Source: Nanobdellota archaeon
GTDB lineage: Archaea > Nanobdellota > Nanobdellia > SCGC-AAA011-G17 > GW2011-AR17
Length of the DNA: 56,821 bases
Assembly (NCBI GenBank): GCA_018896675.1
Contig: JAHIMK010000069.1
Coordinates: 1 to 56,821 of the forward strand
Reading direction: 5' to 3'
A program made the translations under genes and the position numbers. Below the pieces are notes generated by a model that made no database searches, was not told the origin of the DNA, and worked only from the letters and a program-made list of their open reading frames with translations. Below are positions 38,000 to 46,464 of the stretch, one piece after another (the first letter of the stretch is position 1; the number at the start of each line of letters is the position of its first letter).

Positions 38000-38785
38000 A
38001 TGACAAAGTTCATTGCCATTATGGCTGGGAAAGGGGGTACTGGTAAGACAACTACTTCTGTTAATTTAGGTGCTGCATTAAGTTATTTTGGTAAAGATGT
38101 TATTGTTGTTGATGCTAACTTAACTACGCCTAATGTTGGATTACATTTAGGAGTTCCTGTTGTGCCTATACATTTGCATCATGTTTTACAAGGTAAGAAT
38201 GAAATTCATGAAGCTGTTTATATTCATCCTGCTGGCCTTAAGATTGTTCCTGGTAGCATAGCTTTAAGTGATTTGCATATAACTAACCCTGAAAAGTTAT
38301 CTTCTTCTTTGAAAAAATTAAGAAAATTGAAACCTGACTTTGTTCTTGTTGATGGTGCTGCGGGATTGGGCAGGGAAGCTTTGAATGCCATCAGTGCTGT
38401 TGATGATTTGTTGATTGTTACTAATGCTGAACTGCCAGCCATAACTGATGCTATGAAAACTATTAAGTTAGCTGAAGATTATAAGAAAAATGTTATAGGT
38501 GTTGTTTTGACTAAGACTGGACAGAGCAATTCTGAAATAACTATTAGAAGTGTAGAGTCAATGTTGGAAAGACCTGTTATTTCTGTAATACCTTATGATG
38601 TTTCTATAAAGCATGCATTGAAAATGAAAGATGCTGTTGTTTTCACGCATCCTAGGTCTAAACCTGCTGTTAGTTATAAGAAGTTAGCGGCTGCATTAAT
38701 TGGGCAAGATTATGTAGAAGACTATAGTGTTAAAGTTGAGAAGAAAGGTTTTTTAGTTAGTTTGTTTAAGAAGTTCTTTAAGTAA
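38000..38785 (+). CDS. minD: MinD/ParA-family P-loop ATPase (archaeal MinD type)
   Basis: Deviant Walker A AGKGGTGKTT, and VLVDGAAG Walker B. Confidence 0.85.
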   Translation: MTKFIAIMAGKGGTGKTTTSVNLGAALSYFGKDVIVVDANLTTPNVGLHLGVPVVPIHLHHVLQGKNEIHEAVYIHPAGLKIVPGSIALSDLHITNPEKLSSSLKKLRKLKPDFVLVDGAAGLGREALNAISAVDDLLIVTNAELPAITDAMKTIKLAEDYKKNVIGVVLTKTGQSNSEITIRSVESMLERPVISVIPYDVSIKHALKMKDAVVFTHPRSKPAVSYKKLAAALIGQDYVEDYSVKVEKKGFLVSLFKKFFK

Positions 38786-38810
38786 TTATTTAGTGGTAAT
38801 TATCATAAGA

Positions 38811-38818
38811 TTTATAAA
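38811..38818 (+). promoter_or_regulatory. TATA box TTTATAAA 25-32 nt upstream of ATG 38843
   Basis: Archaeal TATA consensus at leaderless spacing. Duplicated at 39912. Confidence 0.5.
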
Positions 38819-38842
38819 GTAAGTGTTTCTTGGAATTTAACA

Positions 38843-39703
38843 ATGGAAGTTACTAAAGAACAATTAGATTTTTTTGAATCAGAAGAGGAGACAGAAGAAC
38901 AAGTAGTTAGTTTACAACCTCAAGTTTTAGAAGAAGATAATACAGAGACTTTAGATGTTAAATTAGAAAGAACTTTTACAAGCGAAGAAGTTACAAGCAT
39001 AATCTTAGAAGCAAGTAATATGCAAATTAAGCAGGAATTTGAACTAAAAAAGAAAAAGTTTAATGAAGAAACAGCACAAGATCAAGTAGATATAAACAGC
39101 AATCCTAACCAATATTCTATTGATAACATTTATGAGCTTGCAAGAAAATATGATATTCCAGAGCATTATATACCTAAGGCTATCAACAATCACAAGCTAT
39201 CCTTGGAAGAGCAGATATTAGATATTAAAAGATTTAATATTTCAAGAGTAACATCCAGGAAATATAAACAATATGAAAAAGAAAAAGAAAAAGAAAAATA
39301 CAAAATCAGATTTAAGTATGAACAGGATTTAATTAAGACTCTAGAAGAAGCGTTTCCTACCGAAGAGTTCAAGGCTGAATGGCACAGAAAAATAGCCTTC
39401 TTTGGCCTTTTTCATGGTTGTTTAAATAGTTTTATATTAGACATATATAAGATAAGAGATATATCTAAAAAGAGAATTTTCAGAAAAGGTAAAAAAATAA
39501 AACGTAGTCAAAAAAAGGTTGCTTCTTTTCTTTTTTTGAAATATTATACTTCTCTGGAGGGTACAGGCAATAAATTATCTATAACAATTTACGATCCTTT
39601 ATTCCTAAGAAAATGTGGCACAATATTAGAAGAACTTAACATAGAATTCAAGCAAATTTATAAAAAAGAGAGGCATAGAATAGAATTTATTAGAGATTAT
39701 TGA
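38843..39703 (+). CDS. Hypothetical protein, member 1 of a three-gene paralog family downstream of minD
   Basis: N-terminus MEVTKEQL...ETLDVKLERTFTSEEVTSIILEASNMQ is shared with 39945 and, more distantly, 40788. Confidence 0.5.
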   Translation: MEVTKEQLDFFESEEETEEQVVSLQPQVLEEDNTETLDVKLERTFTSEEVTSIILEASNMQIKQEFELKKKKFNEETAQDQVDINSNPNQYSIDNIYELARKYDIPEHYIPKAINNHKLSLEEQILDIKRFNISRVTSRKYKQYEKEKEKEKYKIRFKYEQDLIKTLEEAFPTEEFKAEWHRKIAFFGLFHGCLNSFILDIYKIRDISKKRIFRKGKKIKRSQKKVASFLFLKYYTSLEGTGNKLSITIYDPLFLRKCGTILEELNIEFKQIYKKERHRIEFIRDY

Positions 39704-39717
39704 TAGAAATACCATAA

Positions 39718-39883
39718 TAAAATGAAAGATGCTGTAGTATTCACACATCCTCGTTCAAAACCAGCTGTAGCTTATAAAAAGTTAGCCGCTGCATTAATTG
39801 GACAAGATTATGTAGAAGACTATAGTGTTAAAGTTGAGAAAAAAGGTTTCTTTGTTAGTTTGTTTAGAAAAGTGTTTAAGTAA
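39718..39883 (+). pseudogene. Duplicated 3' fragment of minD (last ~53 codons plus stop)
   Basis: Encodes MKDAVVFTHPRSKPAVAYKKLAAALIGQDYVEDYSVKVEKKGFFVSLFRKVFK*, versus the minD end at 38624-38785. Confidence 0.85.
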
Positions 39884-39911
39884 CTACTTTTTAGTTATAA
39901 CAATAGAAAGA

Positions 39912-39919
39912 TTTATAAA
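39912..39919 (+). promoter_or_regulatory. TATA box TTTATAAA upstream of ATG 39945 (duplicated promoter)
   Basis: Same agatttataaa context as at 38809. Confidence 0.5.
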
Positions 39920-39944
39920 TGAGTAATTTCTTAGAATTTTAACA

Positions 39945-40763
39945 ATGGAAGTTACTGAAGAATACCAATTAGAAAGAGATAATCAAGAAGTTAATTTAAA
40001 GCCTAAAGAAGAAACTTTAGATGTTAAATTAGAAAGAACTTTTACAAGCGAAGAAGTTACAAGCATAATCTTAGAAGCAAGTAATATGCAAATTAGGCAG
40101 GAATTTCAACTAAAAAAGAAAAAGTTTAATGAAGAAACAGCACAAGAGCAAGTAGCTATAAACAGCAATCCTAACCAATATTCTATTGATAATATTTATG
40201 AGCTTGCAAGAAAATATGATATTCCAGAGCATTATATACCTAAGGCTATCAACAATCACAAGCTATCCTTGGAAGAGCAGATATCAGATCTTCAAAAGTT
40301 TGGAATCAATAAATCATGGAGAATCAAAAAGTTAGACGATAAAAAGAAAAAAAGGCAAAAACGCAAGTTCAAATATACATATGGGCAGGAGTTAATTAGA
40401 GCAATAGAGGAAGCTTTTCCTGCCGACGAGTTTAAAGCTAAATGGCACAGGTTAATATTAAACAGTGATGGAGATCACACTAGATTAAACATCTACAAGA
40501 TAACAGAAACATCAAAAAAGAGAATCTTTGGGAAAGGGAGAAAAATAAAACACAAATGCAAAAAGCTTGTGGGCGTTATATTTGGCAAGTATCCGAGTTA
40601 TGGAGATAAATTAAAGATAATAATATACGACCCTTTATTCCTGAGGAAATGTGGCACAGAATTAGAAGAACTTAACAAGCTAAGCAGACAGATTTATGAA
40701 ATGCGTGAAAGTTTTGACCTTAGAATAATTAGAGATTATGAACTTGAACTACCCTCAAACTAA
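39945..40763 (+). CDS. Hypothetical protein, paralog family member 2
   Basis: About 270 nt (40015-40290) are nearly identical to 38950-39225, then diverge sharply. Shares IYDPLFLRKCGT..LEELN near the C-terminus. Confidence 0.5.
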   Translation: MEVTEEYQLERDNQEVNLKPKEETLDVKLERTFTSEEVTSIILEASNMQIRQEFQLKKKKFNEETAQEQVAINSNPNQYSIDNIYELARKYDIPEHYIPKAINNHKLSLEEQISDLQKFGINKSWRIKKLDDKKKKRQKRKFKYTYGQELIRAIEEAFPADEFKAKWHRLILNSDGDHTRLNIYKITETSKKRIFGKGRKIKHKCKKLVGVIFGKYPSYGDKLKIIIYDPLFLRKCGTELEELNKLSRQIYEMRESFDLRIIRDYELELPSN

Positions 40764-40787
40764 ACTTAAACTTAAAATAGAATAAAA

Positions 40788-41627
40788 ATGGAAGTTACTA
40801 AAGAATACCAACTAGAAGGAGAAGAAGATAATCAAATAGTTAGCTTAAAACCTAAAGAAACTTTAGATGTTAAATTAGAATCTGGAAGGATATTTACTGA
40901 TCAGGATGTTGTTGATGTAGTTACTTTAGCAGATTCGTTCTATATTCAAGATCAATTTCAAAAACCAGCTAAAGATTTGTTTGATTTGTTGAAGCAAGAG
41001 CCTAAAGAAAAGCAAGGAAGAAATATTGCAGATGTTCAGGCATTTGCTCAAAGATTTGATATTCCTATGCCCTATGTTCAAAAAGCTTTAGATTTATTTA
41101 ATCCAAGTGTAGAACAACAATTGGCTGATTTAACAAAAGTAGGAGCAAAACCTTCAGCTGAAATTATTTGCAGGAAATATGATCAACAATTTAAGAATTA
41201 TTTTGATTCATTATTAATCTTATTAAAGAAAAAGGCACCTTTTTTTGAATTTGAATTAGATTTTACAAGGAAGCATACACTAAAACAATCGGGGCTAAGT
41301 TGTTTAACAGAAAAATATCTGAACTTTATAGTTGTAATTTCTAAAATAAAGAAAGAAAGAAAGAAAATTAAAAATGGAATATTTAGGAAAAAAGAAATAG
41401 AAACAAAAACTTGTGAAAACCTAATTTATTGTCAAATGGTTAGGTCTGATTATATAAACAATAAACAAAGTCGTTTTTTAGAAAAAGAAGATATTTATTC
41501 TTGGGGGGATAAGAGATTAGAAATATTATCAAATTTATTTTTAAGAATTTGTGGTAATGAGTTTAAAAACTTTAACAAAAATTATTTTAAAGAGAATGAA
41601 ATTTTTTATAATTACCCAATAGAATAA
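40788..41627 (+). CDS. Hypothetical protein, divergent paralog family member 3
   Basis: Shares MEVTKEYQLE...ETLDVKLE and the (F/Y)DIP.(H/P)Y(I/V).KA(I/L) block only. Confidence 0.45.
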   Translation: MEVTKEYQLEGEEDNQIVSLKPKETLDVKLESGRIFTDQDVVDVVTLADSFYIQDQFQKPAKDLFDLLKQEPKEKQGRNIADVQAFAQRFDIPMPYVQKALDLFNPSVEQQLADLTKVGAKPSAEIICRKYDQQFKNYFDSLLILLKKKAPFFEFELDFTRKHTLKQSGLSCLTEKYLNFIVVISKIKKERKKIKNGIFRKKEIETKTCENLIYCQMVRSDYINNKQSRFLEKEDIYSWGDKRLEILSNLFLRICGNEFKNFNKNYFKENEIFYNYPIE

Positions 41628-42347
41628 TCACAATTTTTCCCTAATATAAATCTCGCCAAAATGTTCTAGTTGTTCTAAATCAATCTTACTTTGGTGGTCT
41701 AAATGCAGCAAAGGCATCAAAGTAAATATCTTTTCTTCCTTGCCTATTTTACCTTCAGGCAAAAGTCTTGAAAAAGTTACTTCTTCTTTTTTCTGGAATA
41801 AATTTTTAATCTTTGTCAAGATATCTACAATCAATTCAGTTAAATTAATTTTCTTTTCAGGAATATCTGGTAGATTATAATCCAAAAATCTTCTTTTTCT
41901 TAATACTCTTCTCTTGTTAATATTCAAAGCTCTTTCTAATGCACCAACTAAATCTTGTACAGAAACCCTACGTTTTCTAGCCTGAGGAGTTTTTATACAT
42001 AAAGGAGGTACGTCAAATTCTGGTCTTTCATAAAAGTCCATGCTTAAGTCATCCATCATCTCTTCAGATTGAGGGAATAAAATGCTGTCAAAATGTGCAA
42101 TATCCTCATGCAATAATTTTTCTGATTTGATTTTAACTAACAAAGCTGCTGCAAACAATACCTTGCCGTTTAAATGAAAATTAGTACTTTTAAGTTCTTT
42201 AACAATTTCTAAAAAACTTCTAGTTAATTTACCAATATCAATGTCCCATGGATCCATTTCTTCTGAACGAATTAAACCATAGATAATATCTTGCCAAGTT
42301 ACTTCATTTTGTTCAGTAAGAATGTTCAATATTTTTTCATGATGCAT
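41628..42347 (-). CDS. scpA: Segregation and condensation protein A (kleisin)
   Basis: LIRSEEMDPWDIDIGKLTRSFLEIV and LNGKVLFAAALLVKIKS patterns. Confidence 0.8.
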   Translation of the reverse strand: MHHEKILNILTEQNEVTWQDIIYGLIRSEEMDPWDIDIGKLTRSFLEIVKELKSTNFHLNGKVLFAAALLVKIKSEKLLHEDIAHFDSILFPQSEEMMDDLSMDFYERPEFDVPPLCIKTPQARKRRVSVQDLVGALERALNINKRRVLRKRRFLDYNLPDIPEKKINLTELIVDILTKIKNLFQKKEEVTFSRLLPEGKIGKEEKIFTLMPLLHLDHQSKIDLEQLEHFGEIYIREKL

Positions 42348-42500
42348 GTTATTTAAGCTTAATTTTTGATATATAAATATGTCGCTCTATTAATAAGAAT
42401 TAAAGTTATAATTGCATAGAAATATAGTGGGAACTTGCTATCCTGAATATCTCTAGAGCTTCCTGCATTGAATCAATTATCTTAAAATGCTATGAACTAT

Positions 42501-43345
42501 TCAAATATCATCTAATGGGCTTTTTACTGATATCATTTTCGGTTTGACAATATGAAGGTATTCCATTGTGGTTCTTGGCTCACTATGTCCCAATAATGAT
42601 TGAACGGCTGTGACATCGGCCCCATTTTCTAAAACATGTGTAGCAAAACAATGCCGTTAAGAGTATGCGGATGGATGTTCTTTTTTATTTTTGATTTTTT
42701 AGCCGCTTTCTTTAATATCATTTGTACAGATCTGACTGAAAGATGTGCTTTTCTTCCAGGAAATAAATAATCGGTAGTATTTGATTTAATTATTAGTTTA
42801 ATGTCTTCTTTCAAGCACTCTGGGAGGATAAAAGGTCTGTCTTTATTCCCTTTTCCTTTTCTTACCCATCCAATGTTTTCTTCCAATTCAATGTCCATCT
42901 TTTTTAATTTGACAGCTTCACTTACTCTAAGCCCTGCTCCGTATATCAATGAAATCAAAAGTTTATGTTTGGAATTAGTTATTAAATTTATAATTTTCTT
43001 TACTTCATTTTTAGAAAGGCAAGTAGGTAAAGCTTTAGGTTTTTTTGAATATTTGATATTAAGTTTCATGCTTTTCCTAAGCACTTCTTCCATCATAAAT
43101 CTAAGAGAATTTAATGCAACATTAAGTGTCGAACCAGCAATTTCATCATTATTTTTTTTCATCCATTTTAATTCCTTATCCATAAATTTTTCTAGGAACT
43201 CTCTGCAATCTTTCTTTGAAAATTCTTTTGGCTGTTTAGGACAAAATAACAAGAATTTCTTCACATAAAATAAGTAAGTTTTAATGGTTTTAGGGCTAAG
43301 CTTTCTGCGAAACATTTCTTTCTTCATCTTTTCAATAATATCCAT
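42501..43345 (-). pseudogene. Xer-type tyrosine recombinase/integrase, frameshifted inside the HxLR box
   Basis: ORF 42629-43345 has SAM-like N-domain, GAGLRVSE and GKGNKDR, and ends [10 protein letters not shown]...*. Skipping 2 nt (AA, 42657-42658) continues as [37 protein letters not shown]... to the stop at 42501-42503. Confidence 0.8.
42643..42665 (+). repeat. 23-nt exact direct repeat, copy 1 (gcaaaacaatgccgttaagagta), spanning the recombinase frameshift
   Basis: Identical 23-mer at 45999-46021. Confidence 0.9.
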
Positions 43346-43489
43346 TTTTGGAATTAATTTAGGGTTATTAATAAAAATAACCCAAGTAAAATTGGAGATA
43401 TTTCATAAAAAGTGGAAATTTCTTATGATTTATTCCTATCCCATCAAGGAATAAAGGCGTTTTGCACATAAATTAGGTCTAGAAAGGCT

Positions 43490-44908
43490 GTAACTGTTTA
43501 GCTACTTAGATACTCTAGTAGCTAAATTTTGATAAATGATAGTTTCCTTTATCTTTTTGGGGTGTAGAGCTAAATGAATGAAAATTCCACCACATTTAGT
43601 AGGATTGAGTAAACGGGATATAATTCGCCGAAATATTCTTCTAGAATCTCGAATTGATGAACTTGAAAAACAAGTTGAGGATTTAAAACGTCATCTTCTT
43701 GCATATGAAAATGCCCATACTCCACCTTCACAAAAACGCAATTATCCTAAACGAGAAAAGAAAGAAGGTGCAAAGCTTGGTACACCTAAGGGTCACAAAG
43801 GAGTTACCCGACAAACTCCTGAACCTACTGAATTTAAATCACTAAGCTTAGATTGTTGCCCTCATTGTCAAAACCATCTTGGTAAGCCCAAACGCATAGA
43901 GAAACGAATAATTGAAGAAATTCCTGATCCTCAACCATTGAGGATTATAGAATTCTCAATCCCTCACTATTATTGTTCATATTGCAATACTGAAGTTATC
44001 GCAACAGATTCTGAATTGCCTAAGGTTGGAAATTTAGGCAATAATCTTCAGGCTCAAATTGCACTTATGAGATATGAAGATAGATTACCTCATCGTAAAA
44101 TAGCAAATACCCTCAATCGCCAATATGGATTACTATTAACTCCAGCTACAATCTTCGATGTGACAAGAAGAGTATGTGACCAACTCTTAGAAATATACAA
44201 TAATTTCAAACAAGAGATGCGAAATGCTTCGCAGCTTAATGCCGATGAAACTGGTGCGAAGGTAAATGGATTAAAACACTGGTTTTGGGTATTTATGAGC
44301 CTAACTACTGTTTTGTTCTGTTTAAGAAAAAAACGAGATTATAAAGTAATAATTGAAGTACTAGGCAACGATTATGGTGGAATTCTTACTTGCGATGGTT
44401 TAAAACAATATGCTAAAGTCATCAAGAGAATTCAACGCTGTTGGGCACATTTAATACGAGAAGCAAAATTCTTTGCACAAAAATATGAAGGACAAGCAAG
44501 AGTTTTGTATAATTCACTTTGTGAACTATTTGTCAAAATAAAAAGTGTAAATGTAGAAACAACAATTGAAGTGAGAAATAAAATATTCAATGATTGCATT
44601 AGGGATATGCAATCATACATTAATACAGCAAGGAGTTACAAGGAATTAAAGAAATTTGCAGTAACAATAGAAAATGGATTACATCAATGGTTTACTTGCA
44701 TATTGTATCCTGAGATTGAACCGACAAACAACAGAGCAGAAAGAGAATTAAGAGAATTTGTAGTACAAAGAAAAATATTTGGTTCATTAAGAAGCGAAAA
44801 AGGAATGATAATTACAGAAACTATCATGTCTGTATTAGCAACATGGAAAATAAGAAACTTAAATACATATAGTATGCTAAGGGCAACCCTTAGTAGCTAA
44901 ACAGTTAC
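43490..44908 (+). mobile_element. IS66-family insertion sequence (single-ORF type), 1419 bp
   Basis: 20-nt terminal inverted repeats GTAACTGTTTAGCTACT(T/A)AG at 43490-43509 and 44889-44908 (19/20 match, GTAA ends). 8-bp direct target duplication GAAAGGCT at 43482-43489 and 44909-44916. Confidence 0.85.
43578..44900 (+). CDS. IS66-family transposase (TnpC-type DDE)
   Basis: Leucine-zipper-like N-terminus, zinc finger CPHC...CSYC, ADETG, and CWAHLIREAKF signature. Stop codon lies inside the right IR. Confidence 0.85.
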   Translation: MKIPPHLVGLSKRDIIRRNILLESRIDELEKQVEDLKRHLLAYENAHTPPSQKRNYPKREKKEGAKLGTPKGHKGVTRQTPEPTEFKSLSLDCCPHCQNHLGKPKRIEKRIIEEIPDPQPLRIIEFSIPHYYCSYCNTEVIATDSELPKVGNLGNNLQAQIALMRYEDRLPHRKIANTLNRQYGLLLTPATIFDVTRRVCDQLLEIYNNFKQEMRNASQLNADETGAKVNGLKHWFWVFMSLTTVLFCLRKKRDYKVIIEVLGNDYGGILTCDGLKQYAKVIKRIQRCWAHLIREAKFFAQKYEGQARVLYNSLCELFVKIKSVNVETTIEVRNKIFNDCIRDMQSYINTARSYKELKKFAVTIENGLHQWFTCILYPEIEPTNNRAERELREFVVQRKIFGSLRSEKGMIITETIMSVLATWKIRNLNTYSMLRATLSS

Positions 44909-44922
44909 GAAAGGCTTATATA
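44909..44922 (+). promoter_or_regulatory. BRE-like GAAAGG plus TATA (CTTATATA) about 29 nt upstream of the radical SAM gene
   Basis: The purine-rich element coincides with the right copy of the IS target duplication. Confidence 0.45.
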
Positions 44923-44950
44923 CAAGTTATCATTCAAGAATAGTAATAAA

Positions 44951-46255
44951 ATGGCATTAAAAGCTCCAATATCCGCTCAAATTGAGCTAACAATCAATTG
45001 TAACCAGCTATGTGGACATTGTTATAACTTTTGGAGATATCAAACAACTGGTCAAAAATATCAAAAAGAAGATAGAACTTTACTACCTGAAATTATAAAA
45101 AGAACAATTGAAGCAGAAGTGCTACACGTAGTTCTAACAGGAGGAGAACCACTTCTTTACTCTAAAGACACAGCACGATATATAAAACAATTAAGGGACA
45201 GCAACGTAGCAGTCGGACTAAACACAAATCTGTCCTTACTAACTCAAGAAAAAGAGAACATTCTAACAACTGCTGGATTGCAAGGAGTTTTAACTAGTCT
45301 AACAAGTTATGATCCAGAAACACACCACCAAATAACAAACTCAAAAAATACCCATAGTAAAACATTAAGAGCAATAGAATCATTAACAAGCAAAGGTTAT
45401 TTTGTAGCAGTTAATATGGTTGTGAGTCAACAAAACAAAGATCATGTATACCCAACAGGAAAATTAGTGCATCAACTAGGGGCTACAGCATTTTGCGCAA
45501 CCAAAATGACACCAAGCCCAGCAGGGGGCCAAGCACATCTAGAGCAAACACTCAACAAACAACAAACCAAACAAATGCTAGAAGACCTATTAAAAGTAGA
45601 AGAAGAAACAGGACTAGACGTCACAACATTAAATCCGATACCCTTATGTTTTACACCAGACATTGAACGTTATCAACATATTCTCAATAAAAACTGTTCA
45701 GCAGGAAAAACTAGTGTAGGAATAAGTACTGCAGGAGAAGTAAGAGCTTGTCAACATTGCGATCAAAAGTACGGAAACATCTTGCTTGAACCATTACAAG
45801 ACATTTGGAAAAGAATGGAAGAATGGAGAGACCACTCACTACTACCTGAAATATGCAAAAACTGCGAAGGACTACGAGACTGTGGAGGAGGATGCAGAGA
45901 AAGCGCCAAAGCACATAATGGTAGCCGGAACAAATCAGATGCATTAGTAACTGGAAAATACAAAAAACCAGCATCAACTAAAGAAAAAGACTTACTAGGC
46001 AAAACAATGCCGTTAAGAGTAAGCAAAAACTTAACATACCGATTAGAAGAAGAGGGAGTCGTTCTATACAAAACAACTCGAAATTTTACAATAGTTGACA
46101 ATGAAACATTCAAAGTTATAACAGCATTGCAAGGGGAAAAGTTTACAATAAACCAACTAGAGCGACACCTAAACACGCCAATGCAACTAATAATCACACA
46201 TTTACACAAAAAAAAGGTAATAATCGGAGGAAATAAAAAATGGCAAAAAAGCTAG
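44951..46255 (+). CDS. Radical SAM/SPASM peptide maturase with C-terminal PqqD-like (RRE) extension
   Basis: CNQLCGHC (CX3CX2C, C17/C21/C24). SPASM CSAGKTSVGISTAGEVRAC (CX12GX4C) and CKNCEGLRDCGGGC (CX2CX5CX3C). C-terminal VVLYKTTRNFTIVDNETFKVITALQGEKFTINQLERHL resembles PqqD/RRE. Confidence 0.85.
   Translation: MALKAPISAQIELTINCNQLCGHCYNFWRYQTTGQKYQKEDRTLLPEIIKRTIEAEVLHVVLTGGEPLLYSKDTARYIKQLRDSNVAVGLNTNLSLLTQEKENILTTAGLQGVLTSLTSYDPETHHQITNSKNTHSKTLRAIESLTSKGYFVAVNMVVSQQNKDHVYPTGKLVHQLGATAFCATKMTPSPAGGQAHLEQTLNKQQTKQMLEDLLKVEEETGLDVTTLNPIPLCFTPDIERYQHILNKNCSAGKTSVGISTAGEVRACQHCDQKYGNILLEPLQDIWKRMEEWRDHSLLPEICKNCEGLRDCGGGCRESAKAHNGSRNKSDALVTGKYKKPASTKEKDLLGKTMPLRVSKNLTYRLEEEGVVLYKTTRNFTIVDNETFKVITALQGEKFTINQLERHLNTPMQLIITHLHKKKVIIGGNKKWQKS
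45999..46021 (+). repeat. 23-nt exact direct repeat, copy 2, inside the radical SAM gene between SPASM and RRE-like regions
   Basis: gcaaaacaatgccgttaagagta is identical to 42643-42665. Confidence 0.9.
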
Positions 46256-46425
46256 AAGACATACCAAAAGAGGAAAAAGGAAACCTGCAAGACAAATTGT
46301 CAGAAATAGGAAGTGACTACACACCAAAAATAAAAATAGGTTCTAAAATAAGCACAGATTATGGAGACAACTGCGATTGCGATTGCAATTGTGACTGCGA
46401 TGCAACCTGTGATTTTTATGACTAA
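46240..46425 (+). CDS. Candidate RiPP precursor peptide with C-terminal (Cys-Asp/Asn) repeat core
   Basis: 61 aa, charged leader, core DNCDCDCNCDCDATCDFYD with six Cys each followed by D/N. 16-nt overlap with the maturase gene. Confidence 0.6.
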   Translation: MAKKLEDIPKEEKGNLQDKLSEIGSDYTPKIKIGSKISTDYGDNCDCDCNCDCDATCDFYD

Positions 46426-46464
46426 AAACTTTGATAGGGGCAAAATGCTCCCATTTTTATTATT

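Noticed and set aside
46433-46460. Possible hairpin terminator (GGGGCAAAATGCTCCC followed by a T-run) after the precursor peptide gene.
   Set aside because: The stem is only 3 G-C pairs plus a wobble. Archaeal termination needs only oligo-T, so there is not enough evidence to annotate it.
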